A stretch of DNA of 64,000 nucleotides from Geosiphon pyriformis uo1 (GCA_016748015.1 JAAOMT010000519.1:300258-364257); one strand, 5' to 3'; shown: positions 26,298-40,273, counted from the stretch's first letter. Notes: a model not told the origin generated them from the sequence alone. A program made the numbers and translations.

Positions 26298-29200
26298 ATG
26301 AGTAAGACAGAAGATCAAACTTCTGATATGACCAACACGTCGACGACCCATGTAGACTCTATTGAAATACCGAAAAAAATAAGCAGTGATTTGGGGACAA
26401 ATTTAATAGACACCCCAACAGAAAAGTTCACGAAATTTAAAAGAAGAGTATGGAATTTTTTTAGGTCAAGGGCTTTCAAAAATACTTTTAAAGGTATTTT
26501 TTGACTTTCGGTTTGCCAATAAATTTCAGGCTGAAAATTGATTTATTATAGTTTTAATGATTTTTTTGATCTATTCCGAAAAAAGCTGCCCTTGCCTATT
26601 GGCTAGCCTTCATGCTCATATTTATTCATCCATTTGCGACTTGGTTTAAACGACCTTTAACCCTCTCGAATATTATTTTGGCAACCATTGTCTTAAGCCC
26701 GTGAGGTTCAGTTATGTTTGATTTGTCGATTTAAATCTTGATCAGCTTCTAATCTCATGACTTCAAAAATAAATTTATTCAAACCAAAAGAGGCAAAACC
26801 GTTGGTGCCTTTTTGCAAGCCTTCTTCTTTTCATTATTCGGCATTTTCACTGGTGCCGCCCTCTTTGCATTTCTCGCTGGTGGTCTTAATCAATCCCCAC
26901 CTTTAATGATGGTGTTTTTGCTCCTGATAATTTATGGTGTTTCAGTTATTCGGGCGCTTATACCAAAACTTTTCTTATTTTGTCTACTTGTTTGTTTGAC
27001 TTCTTTTCAAGGCGTATCCAATGCTTTAATAAGTGAGTACAATCTTTAACATTAATTTTTTTTGTACAAAAAGAAAATTTCTCAGTTTTCATCTTTTCCT
27101 TTAAAGATGACAAATTTGATCATGAACAATTGAGGGATTCGACAATTGGGTATCTGATTGGAAGTGGCATAGCTTTGGTATGTTTAAAGCCATTTAGGGA
27201 TATATATTTTTTTTAATTTTCAAATTGGCTCCTAAACTAAATGAAAATTTAATTTCATAGTTAATCAACATATTAATATGGCCAGACTCTGCAGAAAGTG
27301 AACTTAGAATAAAATTAATGGACTCACTTGATAACTTATCGACCTTTAATACCTTAATGATTAAAACCTACCTGCTTACGCTCACCGAAGAAGATAAACA
27401 CGCACGGGATAAAATTGCAAAGGTCGTTCGACAAGATATCGCTACTTTAATGCGAATGCTCGATGAAGCAGATTGTGAAATTACTTATTCTGAATTTTCA
27501 ATGAAAAACTTCAAAGGATGGGTTTCTAAAATCAAAAGATTACATCAATTCCTTTTGGCACTACATAGTAATCTTACACGGCAAGAAGATGCAATTAAAA
27601 ATAGTGATAAATTCAGGAAAGAATTTCTCGAGGTTCTTCGTGAACCACTAAATAATCTGGACACTGGTTGTCGGAGAGCAATTGCAGTTATAAAAGACCA
27701 AATTGACCCAAATATTCCAAAGCAACATCATGACTTGGAATCACATGGTAAAACTTCAGAAACTGGAGCCAATTGGAAAATGGGGGATTGTGACATTCTT
27801 TTAGAAAATACTTTGAGCATTTTTGAACAGAAACAATACGATATTATGGCAAATCTGTTCCATTTAGATGAAGAAGTTGAAGGTGCTCATCTACTTTCAA
27901 AGTCGTTGGTTGTAGAGTCAAAAGAATTGGATATCATCGATGACGACAATGAAATTTATGAGTATAAGGATAATGAAGATACTAGTAGGGAAACCCTTGA
28001 TGAAAATGAACTTATGTGGTCCAACCCGGAATCAACATGGGCAGATTTATTCATGGTTTATTTCTTCATGTTTGGCATTCGTGAATACGTTGAAGGGTTA
28101 TTGGAGTTAAGACGTCATGTCTTAAATAAACCTGGGCTAGGAGAATCAGCTATTCAACGGAAAAAAAAACTACGCTTTCATTTCAACTCTTTTGTGCCTT
28201 CAATATCCCAAAATCCCGCTAAGAAATTAGCAGAGCTCTGGAAACCAACTTCCGATAAACCTTACCGTACATTATTATCCGAAAATTTGAACTCGTTAAA
28301 AAGTCCATTAAATTTATACGCAATCAAAACCGCGATTGCTGTTGGCATTGTTTTGATACCATTGCTCATAGATAATAATAAATTTTTCACGAACTGGAAT
28401 CTTCAAACAGCAGCCATTCCTGTAGGTTTCTAATAGATGTTCAAATTTTTCAAATTCATCTAGATAAATCTAAATGTATATTCCTTTTTCGCTAGATTCT
28501 AGTTGCCATGAGTCCAGTCCTCGGTCAGTCTATTTTATCATTTGCGGTAAGTTTTTCATCATGATTCCCTCCCCATTAATGATATTCATAATTTTTTGTT
28601 TAATTTCTTTGCTTTGACATCTTTGAAACCTTCAATGCTAGTTTGATATAGCTGGGACTATAATAGGTGGAATCTGGGGCTATATTACTATAATCACTTG
28701 GGGAACAAACTCACCGTAGGTATTTCTTTTCCACTTGTACTTTGTCACATGCTTAACGGAGGTTTCATAAAAGTTCGATTTTTTTTAAAAACAAGCTACG
28801 GAATTTTATTTTTTATCGCAATTTCCGCGTTCCCTATGGCCCATATATTGGTTAATACTCCATTCTTCGTGGTGGGCCTGGTTTCAATGGTCAACGTATC
28901 TGGGGTATAGATAGGAATCCTTATGTTTTTTGCATTTAAATTTTGCCCATACAAAATCTGACATGATTGTTTTTCTCATTAGATTGTCATACCTATATAT
29001 TTAAATCGGCATAATCCTAATTATGATGAACCTATTGTCAGAACCTATAAAATTATTGTCGTCTCAGTGCTGATTCTTATTATGGTCTTTATTTTCCAAT
29101 TCTTTATCTATCCGAATCTGGCTCGTAGAGAACTTAGAGGGCAACTGGCGAGAATTTTCCAAGATTTTAGGTCTGAGTTTGCTTTCAATCAAACTGAAAT

Positions 29201-29912
29201 TTTTAAGGCAGCTTTAATGTTATCTTTTTCTAGATTTTATTATGGGCAATTTACAAATACGATGACTATTACTATATCCGGGCTCGACACAAGTAAAAAT
29301 ATTCTGCAAATGGACGCCGATCTTCGAAAATGTGAACTAAAAATCCAAGCTGGTTTAATCCGAATTCAACCTCTTCTTATGTATGCGGCTGCTGAACCTC
29401 GTGTAGTCGCCCCGTTCCAATTCAAAGTTTACAAAAAGATCCTCCAACATCTCCAAATGATTCTTGATCGCATTTCTTATGCCCGAGCCTCTGTTGGAAA
29501 CCATCCATTCAGAAAAACGGTCATCGATAATATTTTCATGCCACTGTTAGATGTGAGACATGAAATCCTACAAGTCAACAGGCTTTTATTTTACATCTAT
29601 GCAACCACGTTAAAGTCCAAGCTGCCCTTACCCGATGTCATGCCCAAAGCTTCAGAAGCACAGAATAAATTTTTTCAGAAATTGTTAAAATTGACCAAGG
29701 AGATGAAATTTGCAGAGCAAGCTACAAATCAACAAAGCATCAAAAGTGAAGGTTACCTCCGATTTTATTCAGTTGCGCTGGCCCTAAGAGGCATTACCTT
29801 TCATATGGATGATATGGGAGGTTGTTTTAGAGAGTTGTTTGGAGTGACCGAGGATTTAGCACCACCTGATTATTATAAAAGATTAGTCAATGCTAGAGCT
29901 CGTGAAGTCTGA
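26298..29912 (+). CDS. FUSC / aromatic acid exporter (ArAE, ALMT-related) family membrane protein, 10 exons
   Basis: Exons 26298-26493, 26586-26700, 26791-27032, 27107-27177, 27261-28421, 28496-28546, 28642-28715, 28796-28904, 28983-29170, 29234-29912. Family-like motifs FKAALAYWLA, PGKTVG, INILIWP..AESELR, YAIKTAIAV, MSPVLGQS, GTIIGGIWGY, FIYPNLARRELR, EPRVVAPF; two TM blocks each followed by a helical domain. Confidence 0.85.
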
Positions 29913-32900
29913 AGTGAACGATGAAAAAAAGATTTGGAATCTTCATTGTGAGTAATCAATATAAAAAATCTTTCCGACAAAATATATATCTAGCTTTGTT
30001 AAATAGAATGTTTAATGAATCCCAACTGTGAATAAATACCAAAATCAATGTATTTTTTTCATAGATATTTATGCAAATAATTAGTGGTCAAATTTTTTTT
30101 GTATATTAGTTTTGAATCCATTGTAAATTTATATTTTTTTAAACAGCTATTATTATGTTCATTTTAAAGTAATAAATTTGCCAAGCTTTTATAATATAAA
30201 TGATCTAAATTATCAATAATTTCATTTTTAGTCATAAATAACATTATCAAGAATCTCATATAATATCTTTTTTGCAAGAATTCGTTTTTATTTGTTTAAT
30301 TTTTAGGTCAAGAATATTATTAATAATTAACTAAAAATTTGCTTTGGTTTAAATACCAAAAAAAATATTTATATAACAAATTGTTTTATTGTAATTAGTA
30401 AATAAACACAGTATTAATTATCAAAAAAATTTTAAAATAGTTTTTATTTGTTTGTTTAAAAAAATTATTATTAGCATAAAAAATAAATTCTGTAATTTAT
30501 AATTACATTTTCATTTTTTTTGGCATATCATCATTTTTTCCAATCATATCAAATGATATTATCATTATTTTCAATTACATTATTTATTTCCTAGTTAATT
30601 ATTTTTTCAGCTAATTTATCTTCCAGTTGATCACTTTCTTAGTTCAATAATTATTGACACAAATATTGTGAACTTGACAAGATTATAATGAAAACAGATT
30701 TGGCTCATCCATTTTAAACAAATCCGGCAAGAAATGTGCTTGATCGGATCGTCATTAAGATTAAGCTGAAATTTAGAAAAAGAATTGTTCTATATTGCCA
30801 AAATAATAAAAAAGAACCAAAAGAGAGATAGTATTGAGGGGCTAGAAACTGATAAAACCTAACCAATCTGGATAAAATACAGGAATTCTTTGCCAATGAA
30901 TAAGGATACTCAAAAAACCGGTGCCCCTATTCTTTTAAGCATTTTGAAAATCTATGCATCGAAGCAGTCACAACTTTGAATCCGAGGCCAGTTACTGTAC
31001 CATGGGTCCCTGAGACTGATTATTTATAAGCAAATTAATATGTTCATTAATCGAGAAGCAGAAAATCGTGCCGTTTTTATCATGAATTTGGAAAATAGGG
31101 GGAAATCTTGAATTGTGAATCTATCCGTGATTAAATTAACCACTTTAAAATAGGATATAATTATGTTTAAGAAAGAGAGCTACAAATTGTCAATTTGAAA
31201 TACTGAATAGAACAATGATGAAACAAATTGTTGGAGAAGAGGTTCTACTTGGACATACCAATTTCAAGATAATGAATTTAGCCCTGGATGTCTTTCCGTA
31301 GATGCCTATAAAATTTGAGCTTTGGGGACAGAGAATAGCAAGAAAATCAACATGTCGGAATAAAAATATTCTCGACCTTAGCCTGCATTATACAAATGGT
31401 GTTAGAAAGCAGAAAGTAACAAATTACTTTCTGCAGGGATTTTTTTAATTACATCAGCTCATCAATATCCTCCTTATATGTTTCAATAAATTATTAATCA
31501 ATTTCTGTAAAAAGAAAAATTCTCCAAAAGCAATCCTTAATCTTAATGTATCTGGTAGAAAAGTCTCGCGTGAATGCACTTCTGAGCGTTTCTGAAATTT
31601 GCCTTCTGTGACAAAAAAGTGGTCATTTCATTTCATCAATCAAAGGTATAGAAATATCAAAAAAAAGAAATAGCGAATTGGTTACGAAAGCCTAGCATTC
31701 TATTAAAAAGTATCTCTAACGAAGATCATTAATAATTTCAACTCAAAATTCAAACCTCACGAGCTTCGTGAGCTATCCCTTACACTCTCAAAAAGATCTA
31801 AATTATATTATAAAATAGGCACTGAAGCCTCATTTTTTAATCTTAAGGGAAATTATATAAATGTTGGTTTCTTAATAATTACCCCCTTCGCCTTCACCAT
31901 TAATTTCTTGTCCTTGAAGTCCAAAGCTTTTTGTTTTGGTTTCACAATCTACTTCCTTCTCAATAAAATGGTTCTTACTCATACTATGAATCTCATAAAA
32001 TTGGGTACTAGAAATTTTTATGGAGTGTTTGGCGGTACCACAAATTTATTTGGGCAACTGTTGCCGTTACACCGCTGCCTTAGAAAATAAATGGAATCTT
32101 TAATCTTGGACTTTCCTGTTTTCTAAATATGGTAATTAGACTTTTCGTTGGTTTGAAACCGAAAATTAAATGTCAGTCCAAAATTTTCAAATTCAAATAT
32201 TAATAGAGATGGAGATTTGTGCAAGTTCTTTTTAATTTCTGATCCTTTACTCACTGCAAAAAAATGCCTTTTGTCTCCGAACTTAGTTTCATGCAGTGAG
32301 CATTAATTATAAGATTATGTAAATATTCAATTGAAAAGATAATGGTGTGACTAATGGGGTATTCATATTAACTGCTCATCGTGTTTTACATTTCGATTGC
32401 TCGGGTCGGAACCAATCCATATTGTAAATCACCATGTTTTCGATTAACCGAGAAAGGCGACAATGAAGCTTTTACAAAGATTTTTTTTGTATAATTTTAA
32501 GTTTCAGCCTACGTTTTGAGTCTTTCTTTGGTTGATGATCAAGCTGAGCGACCTCTTTTGCATTAATTGAAATCATTCTTATACCATTTAACATGTATGG
32601 GAATCCGATTTTAAACCCAAATTAGAAAAGCCATTGACCCTTGGTCGGAAATTAAAGTTTCTAAATTAATAATCTCGTGTTTATTAACATCAGTCAGATT
32701 TTTTGATTTTAAAATAAGAGTCCTATAAAAGGATAACAAGGTTTTTATAGTGTTCATCCTTTGATTTCCTATTAAAGTATACAATGATGTATACAACATT
32801 ACACTCATTTCCAAATAAATGTGTGAAGGGTTGGAGAGAACGTGATCTAAGAATATTAGGAAAATCACCTCTGGAAAAATTCAGCAAAAAAAGATTTTAA

Positions 32901-34610
32901 TTTTGTCAGAATAACTTTATTTGTTGTAAAAAAATAAAAATACTGGATTTCTAGGACTTGGCGCTCGTACAGTTGGTGGAAAACCATGCAAAACTGGAAA
33001 AATCTTAATTCAGATTGATGTTGGAGGCAATATCAAAAGCATTTTGTCATCCTTATTTCCCAAAATAAAGGATGTCAATATGTATTGAACCATTCAGATT
33101 TTCGATTTAAAACAATATCTTCTCTATCTACGGATAGGCATTTGTATGTTTTACGTCAAAACAAGCAAAAACTGTTTTTTTTGTTTATCCATCTAAGTTT
33201 GTAACTAATAATTAGTGATCGCAATTAAAAGTATAAACTTGAAATTTCAAAAATTATGTATGTAATAATAGATTTCGGCCTTAGATATTAAAGCAAGATC
33301 ATTATAAAAGAAAAAACCAAATATTTATCTTTAATTGCGCTAATTTTCAAAATCATAAAAAAACGAAATTGGTACTTTAAATATTCATCAAATGAAATGT
33401 TTTTATCATTCAAATTTTCTGAATTAATTTCATACTACAATTCGAAGCAGACCATTTATTTTCATTGAATAAACTTTGATTTAAAAAATATATTTCATCA
33501 ACTTCATTTAAATTAGCGATTCATTAAAAATTTAGAGTTTTAGCGAATGATTTTTCAAAGCTTCTTCAACAAAGATTTTAGAACCGACAATCTAACTTTA
33601 TTTTAGAAAACAGTATGATAACACATAAACACAAAAGCATGTTTTTATTTTTTTGAAGAAAGACATTGTATTCCATTGTATGAAAATAAGGTGATTTTAT
33701 TGGTCATTTTTCGGATACTATATAGAATTCAATCTTTTTATTATGATTCTAAACTGCTTATTTTTTTTGCAACATAAAATTTTGTGACTATTGCCTTTCC
33801 CTAAAACTCAATTTTGTATTACTTTTTAAATTTAACCTCCTCAAATTTTTAATACTTTTCTTTGATCATTAAAATATTATTTCTAATTGAACTACAGTCT
33901 TCCAATTCAGGTCATGGTCCAACGTTGATGAGTAGATTTTTAGATTTTTTCCTTCTTCACCACTTATTGCTAGTTACACATCAACGATAACCCGATATAA
34001 AAAATTCTTTATTCACAGTATACCAGACGCCAAAACCTTTTGTTTCACATTTTGCTTGTTCTCTCCGTCTGTTATGATTTGCTAAACTTTCTTTTCTTTT
34101 TTTTTTGTCTTTCTTACACTTACCATTCTTTATCCTAGATCGCTTTTTGCATGAGGGCATTATATTGTACTACTACTACAATTAAACCAAAAGATTTCTA
34201 TATTAAAAGCAGATTTACCTCATTTCTTGTCAGTTCTTTTCTACTCTTTTTTGTTCTTCACTAAAAGCAAGTAGATACTTAAACACCGTATCGACCATCA
34301 TTTTTCATACCCCTTTTTTTTTACTATCATCATTACTACCACATCTATCATCATAACGGTGGTTAACGATATTTTATCCCGTCATTCACCATTTCGTGAC
34401 TTTACCATCAAAAAAAAAACCATTTTCTCAACAGTCAAAGAAAAATATTTTCATTTGGAATTAAAATAATCAACTAACATATTATACATTCCTCGTCTTA
34501 TTATTTCCCCAATTATAATTTGTGTTTTACTTTGTAAAATTGATTCATTCCCCTTTGAATTTGTAAAAATTTTTTATTAAAATAAAGAAATCGATAGCTA
34601 GTCATACGGA

Positions 34611-36353
34611 ATGGATTACATGTTCACAATCTTCTCCCTGCTAGGGTTTTTATTCGCTCTCGTTCCTGGTTTATTTCATATTCAAAACAGAAATTGGGCC
34701 GCAATTTATTTGACATTCTGGGTTTGCTCAACGAATTTGATAAACTTTGTTAATTCCATCATCTGGGGGGACACAATTGTTGATGATAAACCGAATACCG
34801 AGATTTGGTGTCGCATTACCACCCCATTATATGTCACCTCCGCTTATGGTCTAATCCTATCATTAACTTGTATGATTCGTACCCTTTATACTTATGTCGC
34901 TAAGCCCTTGATTCTCACCGAAGCGCTAAAAAGACGACAAGCTATCAGGGAAACTATTATTTGTGTCTTGCTCCCAATGATCTTTTCGGGGTTATACCTA
35001 ATTATTCAGAATCACAAGTACAGTGTGAGAATCATTTTGGGCTGTTTCTCTCCTTCTTATCCTTCTATCATGAGAATATTTCTCCACTTGATGTGGCCGG
35101 TCATTTTTTCGCTCATTGCTAGCTTTTATGCAGGTAATTGGAAAGTTTATCATATATTGTGCTTTCAACTTGTGAAGTTAAAATTTAACTCAAAATTTTT
35201 TACGTTATTTTAAAAGCCTTGACAGCATTCGCAATCATCCAGAAAAGATTGGAAATTCAACAATTACTTTCTCTCAACACTTCCGGAATTAACAAGGCCA
35301 AATTCTATCGACTCGTCTTTTTCTGCATGACCTTACTATTATTGATGCTTCCGGGAACAGTATATCTTTTGGTTGTTAACACAGAACCTCCTTTCCCACA
35401 AAAGCCCTGGTCTTTTACAAATTCCAAAGCAAAATGGAACAAAATAACTGCTTATCCGGACGAACTTAATCTTACCGATTACTTTAAACCAGTCACCGGC
35501 ATTCTACTATTCATCTTCTTCGGTAATGGTCGTGATGCCAATGCAGCGTATCAACGATGGGGCCGAAAGTGTAAATTGGACAAAGTCTTTCCAGGTTGCT
35601 TTTCCGCTGAAACTGAATCGGACCTTGAGAAATTTGGATTTGAAAACAAAAAGAACTTGTAAGTTTAAAAAACTTATCCAAACTTTAAGATTATTTTCAT
35701 TTGATCTCTATGTTCTAATAAAAAATCCATTTTACAGCAGTACAAGTGAATCATCTTCATTACCTTCATATAAATCAAAAGCTATGTCGTCATTTGGGAA
35801 TTCTGAGGTTGACAATAAAAATTCACGCACTCTATCAACGTATCGGAAAGACGAGAGATTCTTAACTGTCGATTCTTCATTTGATGATTCATCGTACACT
35901 TCATCGAATGACACTTCTCACCAACTCGCCTCGCAAGCTCCCAAAAAGAAAAAGAACAAGTTTGTAAATTTCTTGTTCATGCATCGGACACCAACCGAGC
36001 AATCAAATTTTGATCTTACTAGTGGCCTCAAAATTCGAATTGAAGGTTTGGGTATGAATACAGTAATGGAATCACAAAATGAACCGGGTCCCTGTGAAGT
36101 TCTGGAAGAAAAAGAAGCACCCAAATATGAACCATATGATAATGTTGGCCAGGAAAGACGACGTGATATGGAAAATGTAGTTACCGAGATTTATAATGAA
36201 GAGGAAAAAGAATTTGAAAATATTCAACTTCGTGATAATCATATGCGAACCAGCATGGACGCTTCATCCTCTGAAAATGTGCCACAAGTCAAACTCGTCC
36301 CACCCACATTGCCCAGTAACACTATCGCATTTGTCGAGACAGCAGAAGTCTAA
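34611..36353 (+). CDS. STE3: STE3-family (a-factor-type) pheromone receptor GPCR, 3 exons (34611-35133, 35217-35658, 35738-36353), about 526 aa
   Basis: 7-TM with STE3 hallmarks: H.QNRN.AAI.L.FW, NLINFVNSIIW, WCRI, LPMI..GL..IIQNHKYS...LGC, WPVI, KR.EI..LLS...SGINKAKFYRL, FIFFG.GRDA...YQRW; long S/T-rich cytoplasmic tail. Splicing joins three ORF-track frames. Confidence 0.93.
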
Positions 36354-37786
36354 AACCAAACTCGGACTCTTGAACCTAGATCATAGAGCGTAATTTCATA
36401 TAAGGGAATTGCAGTGCGAAATAAATACCCTTATTATTTTTAATCATTTCAACATCACAAATCATCAGCATAATTCACATTTTAATCACACGCGTTTCGC
36501 GTAGCATGTACAAATATTTTCAACCACACAATTATATAATAACCACATTTTTTGCCTTCCAAAAGTCCTCAAATATATCAATCCGGACTGAAAGTAGTCG
36601 CAAAGCATTTTGTATTGAATTCTCAATGCTTATAAAACTATTGTCCTCACTTAATGTTTGTAGTATTCTCTAGAATTTTAGCTGACTTCTCATTCAGCTC
36701 GCAAAATTATATACACTCTAAATAATCATTCTATCATCATCCTTAGCATTTCTCATTTATAATATAAATGCATATGAAAATTTCCCCAGTAAATAGTAAA
36801 AAAAATTGCATTTTCACATATTTCATATTTTCTATTCTTGCATTTATTTCTGACCTTTTCATTTGTTCAACTATTCTCGTCTCCTTGTATATAGACTAAA
36901 TAAATAATATACGTGAGAGCCAAAACTCACTCAAATTTATTAGATGTACAATTCTTTTATCCTTTTATCCTTGTTATCCTCTTTGAGATTTTTAAACTTT
37001 AATATCATGTGGATGTCAGAAGTCATCAGGGATGATAGTCGCACCATTACCTTATAAAGGTTAGCAATAAAATATGTCGATATATTCAGACTTTAAAAAT
37101 TTCACATTGAAATTTACTGAGAACCCAATTTTTATGAGTTATTGTTATTTTATTTAAGGAAATATTTCATTAAACTTTTTCTTCAACCTATGTTTTATTA
37201 TAGCTTAAAACTTTATACAAAAATTCAAAAGTAACATTTAATAATATTAATTCACAAAAAAATTGTTTTTGCACATTTTTAATTTAATATGTTTGACATT
37301 AAATTTTTTGATTTTCATTAAAAAAATTAATTAAATAATAAATAATAAAAGTCTGAAGCTTTTCTTTTCAATTTTTTAAATATAAATTAATGAATATTCA
37401 GAGCTATTCATGAATAGACCTTTTTTTCAATCATTCCAAAGCCTCTGCATATTCTTTTCAAAGTTTTAAATGTTATTTCATTCCAAGAACTAAAGCTCTA
37501 AGTTTTTCTGAATTCGAAATTTGGGCATGTTTTCTCTCAAAGCAATAAAAATTAAGGGATTTTTAATGTTCTGATAAAATCTTAAAAAACGCGTTCACCC
37601 CAGTTACGAAGAAAATATTTGGGCACCAATAATTCTCAGCGCGAATGTATTGATTGAACCCTCCAAATTAAAATAAAGGCAAAGAAAATCAATAATAGGG
37701 AAAGGGTCATAAGTAGATTTCTGTGATTTGGTTGAACGATAAAATTTTTCCAGCAGTATTGTGCGTTTCAGAAAACATTATCAACC

Positions 37787-38113
37787 TTAGCCCATTGATT
37801 TTGCAGCTTGCCGAGCTCTCATGTCACGACGTTTTAACAAAGTTTCCATTATAGCACCAAAAATATAAAGGGCGACGCAAAAGATAAACATTATCATAAA
37901 AAACGCATGGTCCCTGAAGAAGCCTTTGGAAATATTGGGGGCACCGCAGGGATTGTAATAAGCGTATAGGCCAGTCGCTGAGGGCCTTATAGGAGATATT
38001 GTGGTTGGATTTGGCTGTTGTTGAGGCTCTGAGGACGCAATATCGGGAAAAGCCAAGAATATAAATGACCCAAATACGCAAAATATTATAAGTTTTAGAT
38101 TAAGTAGCTTCAT
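37787..38113 (-). CDS. Small type-I membrane protein (signal peptide, P/Q/T-rich ectodomain, one TM, basic tail), 108 aa
   Basis: MKLLNLKLIIFCVFGSFIFLAFPDIASS signal; TM HAFFMIMFIFCVALYIFGAIM followed by KRR; GC-richer than its flanks; divergent from the ferric reductase. Confidence 0.75.
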   Translation of the reverse strand: MKLLNLKLIIFCVFGSFIFLAFPDIASSEPQQQPNPTTISPIRPSATGLYAYYNPCGAPNISKGFFRDHAFFMIMFIFCVALYIFGAIMETLLKRRDMRARQAAKSMG

Positions 38114-38571
38114 TTCCGACTTTGATGTTTATTATTTTCGAAATTACGACTATATAATAATTATTTTTCCTTTTAGATGAAGAAAGTTGATTTTGTCTCT
38201 TTTGACCTTATTTATCATTGAAATCTTTCGTAATAGGGAAAGCTTTTTCAACCTGAACTTGCTTTTTATTTTGAATTAGATGGTTTAAAAAAAGTGAAGA
38301 GAAGCCTTAAAAAGAATTTTCCATTGATTTATTCGATTAGTAACAAGTTTTGAGGAAATCTTTCCCTTTTTCAATTAACATGGGTTTAGTAATCAAGATA
38401 TGTTTGTGTCATTTCTTAAAATGTTAATTTCAACATTTCCAATGAATTTCCCTCTTTAATTAAAAATCACATGATGTTATCAACAATGGTTTATAAAGAT
38501 GATAGATTCTATAAAAGCTTTCATCTTTTCCGAAAAGAATTTTATGTTATTGTAACCCACTAGCAAACAAT

Positions 38572-40273
38572 ATGGATAATAGCCCTCGGATATTTACACC
38601 TAACGAAGCGGCCGGTTATTATGCAGCCGTTTTGGGGATATGTATATGCATACTTTTCGCTATTCCTCACCAATTTTTTCTAGCTCGCCGATATTTTTAT
38701 CCTAAGGAAACAAAGCATGTCAGCCTGGATCATTCAAATAATGAAAACACGGTGAAGACAGCTAATTCCGGGGAACTTATTCATTCCAGTTTCGTTGTCA
38801 ACAGCCACAAATTTTGGAATACAAGAATTCACGTTCATGGCATTGGGAACATGTCAATGAAAGAAGTTGTCATGCTCATTATTTACTTGTCATTAAACGC
38901 CGCATTTCTATTCATTCCTTTTGAAGCAAGTCTTACTCATGACATTGTTCAACGAAATAACCGATTTGGCCGGCTGGGTTTTGCTAATGGAGCATTTGTT
39001 TTCGCAATGGCAACAAGAAACTCAGTATTTGTTAATCTCTTGGGTGTCCCATTTGAAAGAATGATTATTTTCCATAGGTGGGTTGGACGCACAATCATCT
39101 TCATGATCATGTTTCATGGTGGAAGTCAAATTAGCAATCGATGGAACACTATGACCCACAATCTTTATGATCTTTTCTTTGCAGATCGAGTAATAAGAGC
39201 CGGGTTCATTTCTTTCCTTGGACTTGCAATAATCGGCATCACTTCGATTTCTTTGATTAGGCGATATGCATTTGAAGTGTTTTATTTTGGACATTTAGGC
39301 TATATAGTCTTCTTAACGGCTGTATGTCTGCATGATAGTCAAGCAATTTATTGGTTCGGATTTGGCATTGCATTATATGGAATCGATAGAATTATAAGAT
39401 TTTTTGTTTCATGGAAAGAAACAAAAGTTATTAGTGTGAAAGCTCTTCAGGGAGGTGTCACTAAAATTGGCTTCAAAAGGAAATGGAATTATCAGCCAGG
39501 ACAATATATATTTGTAAATTTTTCTCAGTTAAATCTTTTTTCGACTATTGATTGGCATCCTGTTTCCCTTTCATCTGCCCCAACATTGACCGATGACGGT
39601 CAAAGTTATGCAACCATTCATTTGAAAACTTCCGGAGGCTTTACAAAACGTCTTTTTAATAAGGCTCAGGATACGACCAGTGAAAAAGAAACTACATTTA
39701 AGATGAGAGTTGAAGGTCCTTATGGAAAGCCAAGCGTGAATTTCAAAGATTACCGAACAGTTTTGTTAGTCGGAGGTGGAATTGGAGTTACGCCCATCAT
39801 GAGCATTATACAAGATCTTGTTGATAGACAAGTCACCGGAGTTCCACTCAAAACGCAATTAATTTTTTTCGTATGGATCATCCCAGATCTCGGTAAGTTT
39901 CAAGATGGCATTTCCTCGATATCCTATTGTGTTTTTAAACTTTTAAAAATATTATGCAGATGCATACTCTTGGTTCGAAATGGAGCTTGAAGAACTCTCC
40001 CAAAGATTTTCAATACTATCTTCAGAAACTTATCGACTTGATCTAAAAATTTACCTTACTCGTGACAAAGGAAGTCTCCCAACGAATGTCATTCAGGGCC
40101 GACCAAATTTCACGAAATTGCTGCATGAAATTAAGAATTTAAATGGTTCAGGTGATATTGCAGTTGCAGCTTGTGGGCCAGCATTGTTGTTAAATGAGGT
40201 TAGCAGAACAGCTATATCACAAAGCGATCGTACTTGTCTTTTCAAGGTTCATACCGAAGTTTTTGAATTTTAG
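38572..40273 (+). CDS. Ferric/cupric reductase (FRE, ferric reductase domain superfamily), 2 exons (38572-39892, 39960-40273), 544 aa
   Basis: Heme His pairs FHRWVGR..H (H-x13-H) and FYFGH..H (H-x12-H), FAD motif HPVSLSS, VEGPYG, NADPH motif LVGGGIGVTP, ACGP, terminal EVFEF; 67-bp intron restores the frame. Confidence 0.93.

Noticed and set aside
31872-31982. Minus-strand 36-aa ORF MSKNHF...GEGEGGNY upstream of STE3 as a pheromone
   Set aside because: No CaaX, and none of the plausible splices from the GTAATT donor creates one; more likely an eroded gene fragment.
34474-34497. Minus-strand DEECIIC* CaaX just upstream of STE3
   Set aside because: In-frame stop immediately upstream and no ATG; any upstream exon would overlap the STE3 CDS in antisense.
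38572-40273. NADPH oxidase (NoxA/B)
   Set aside because: The extra N-terminal TM and overall motif pattern fit metalloreductases better; a phylogeny would settle it.
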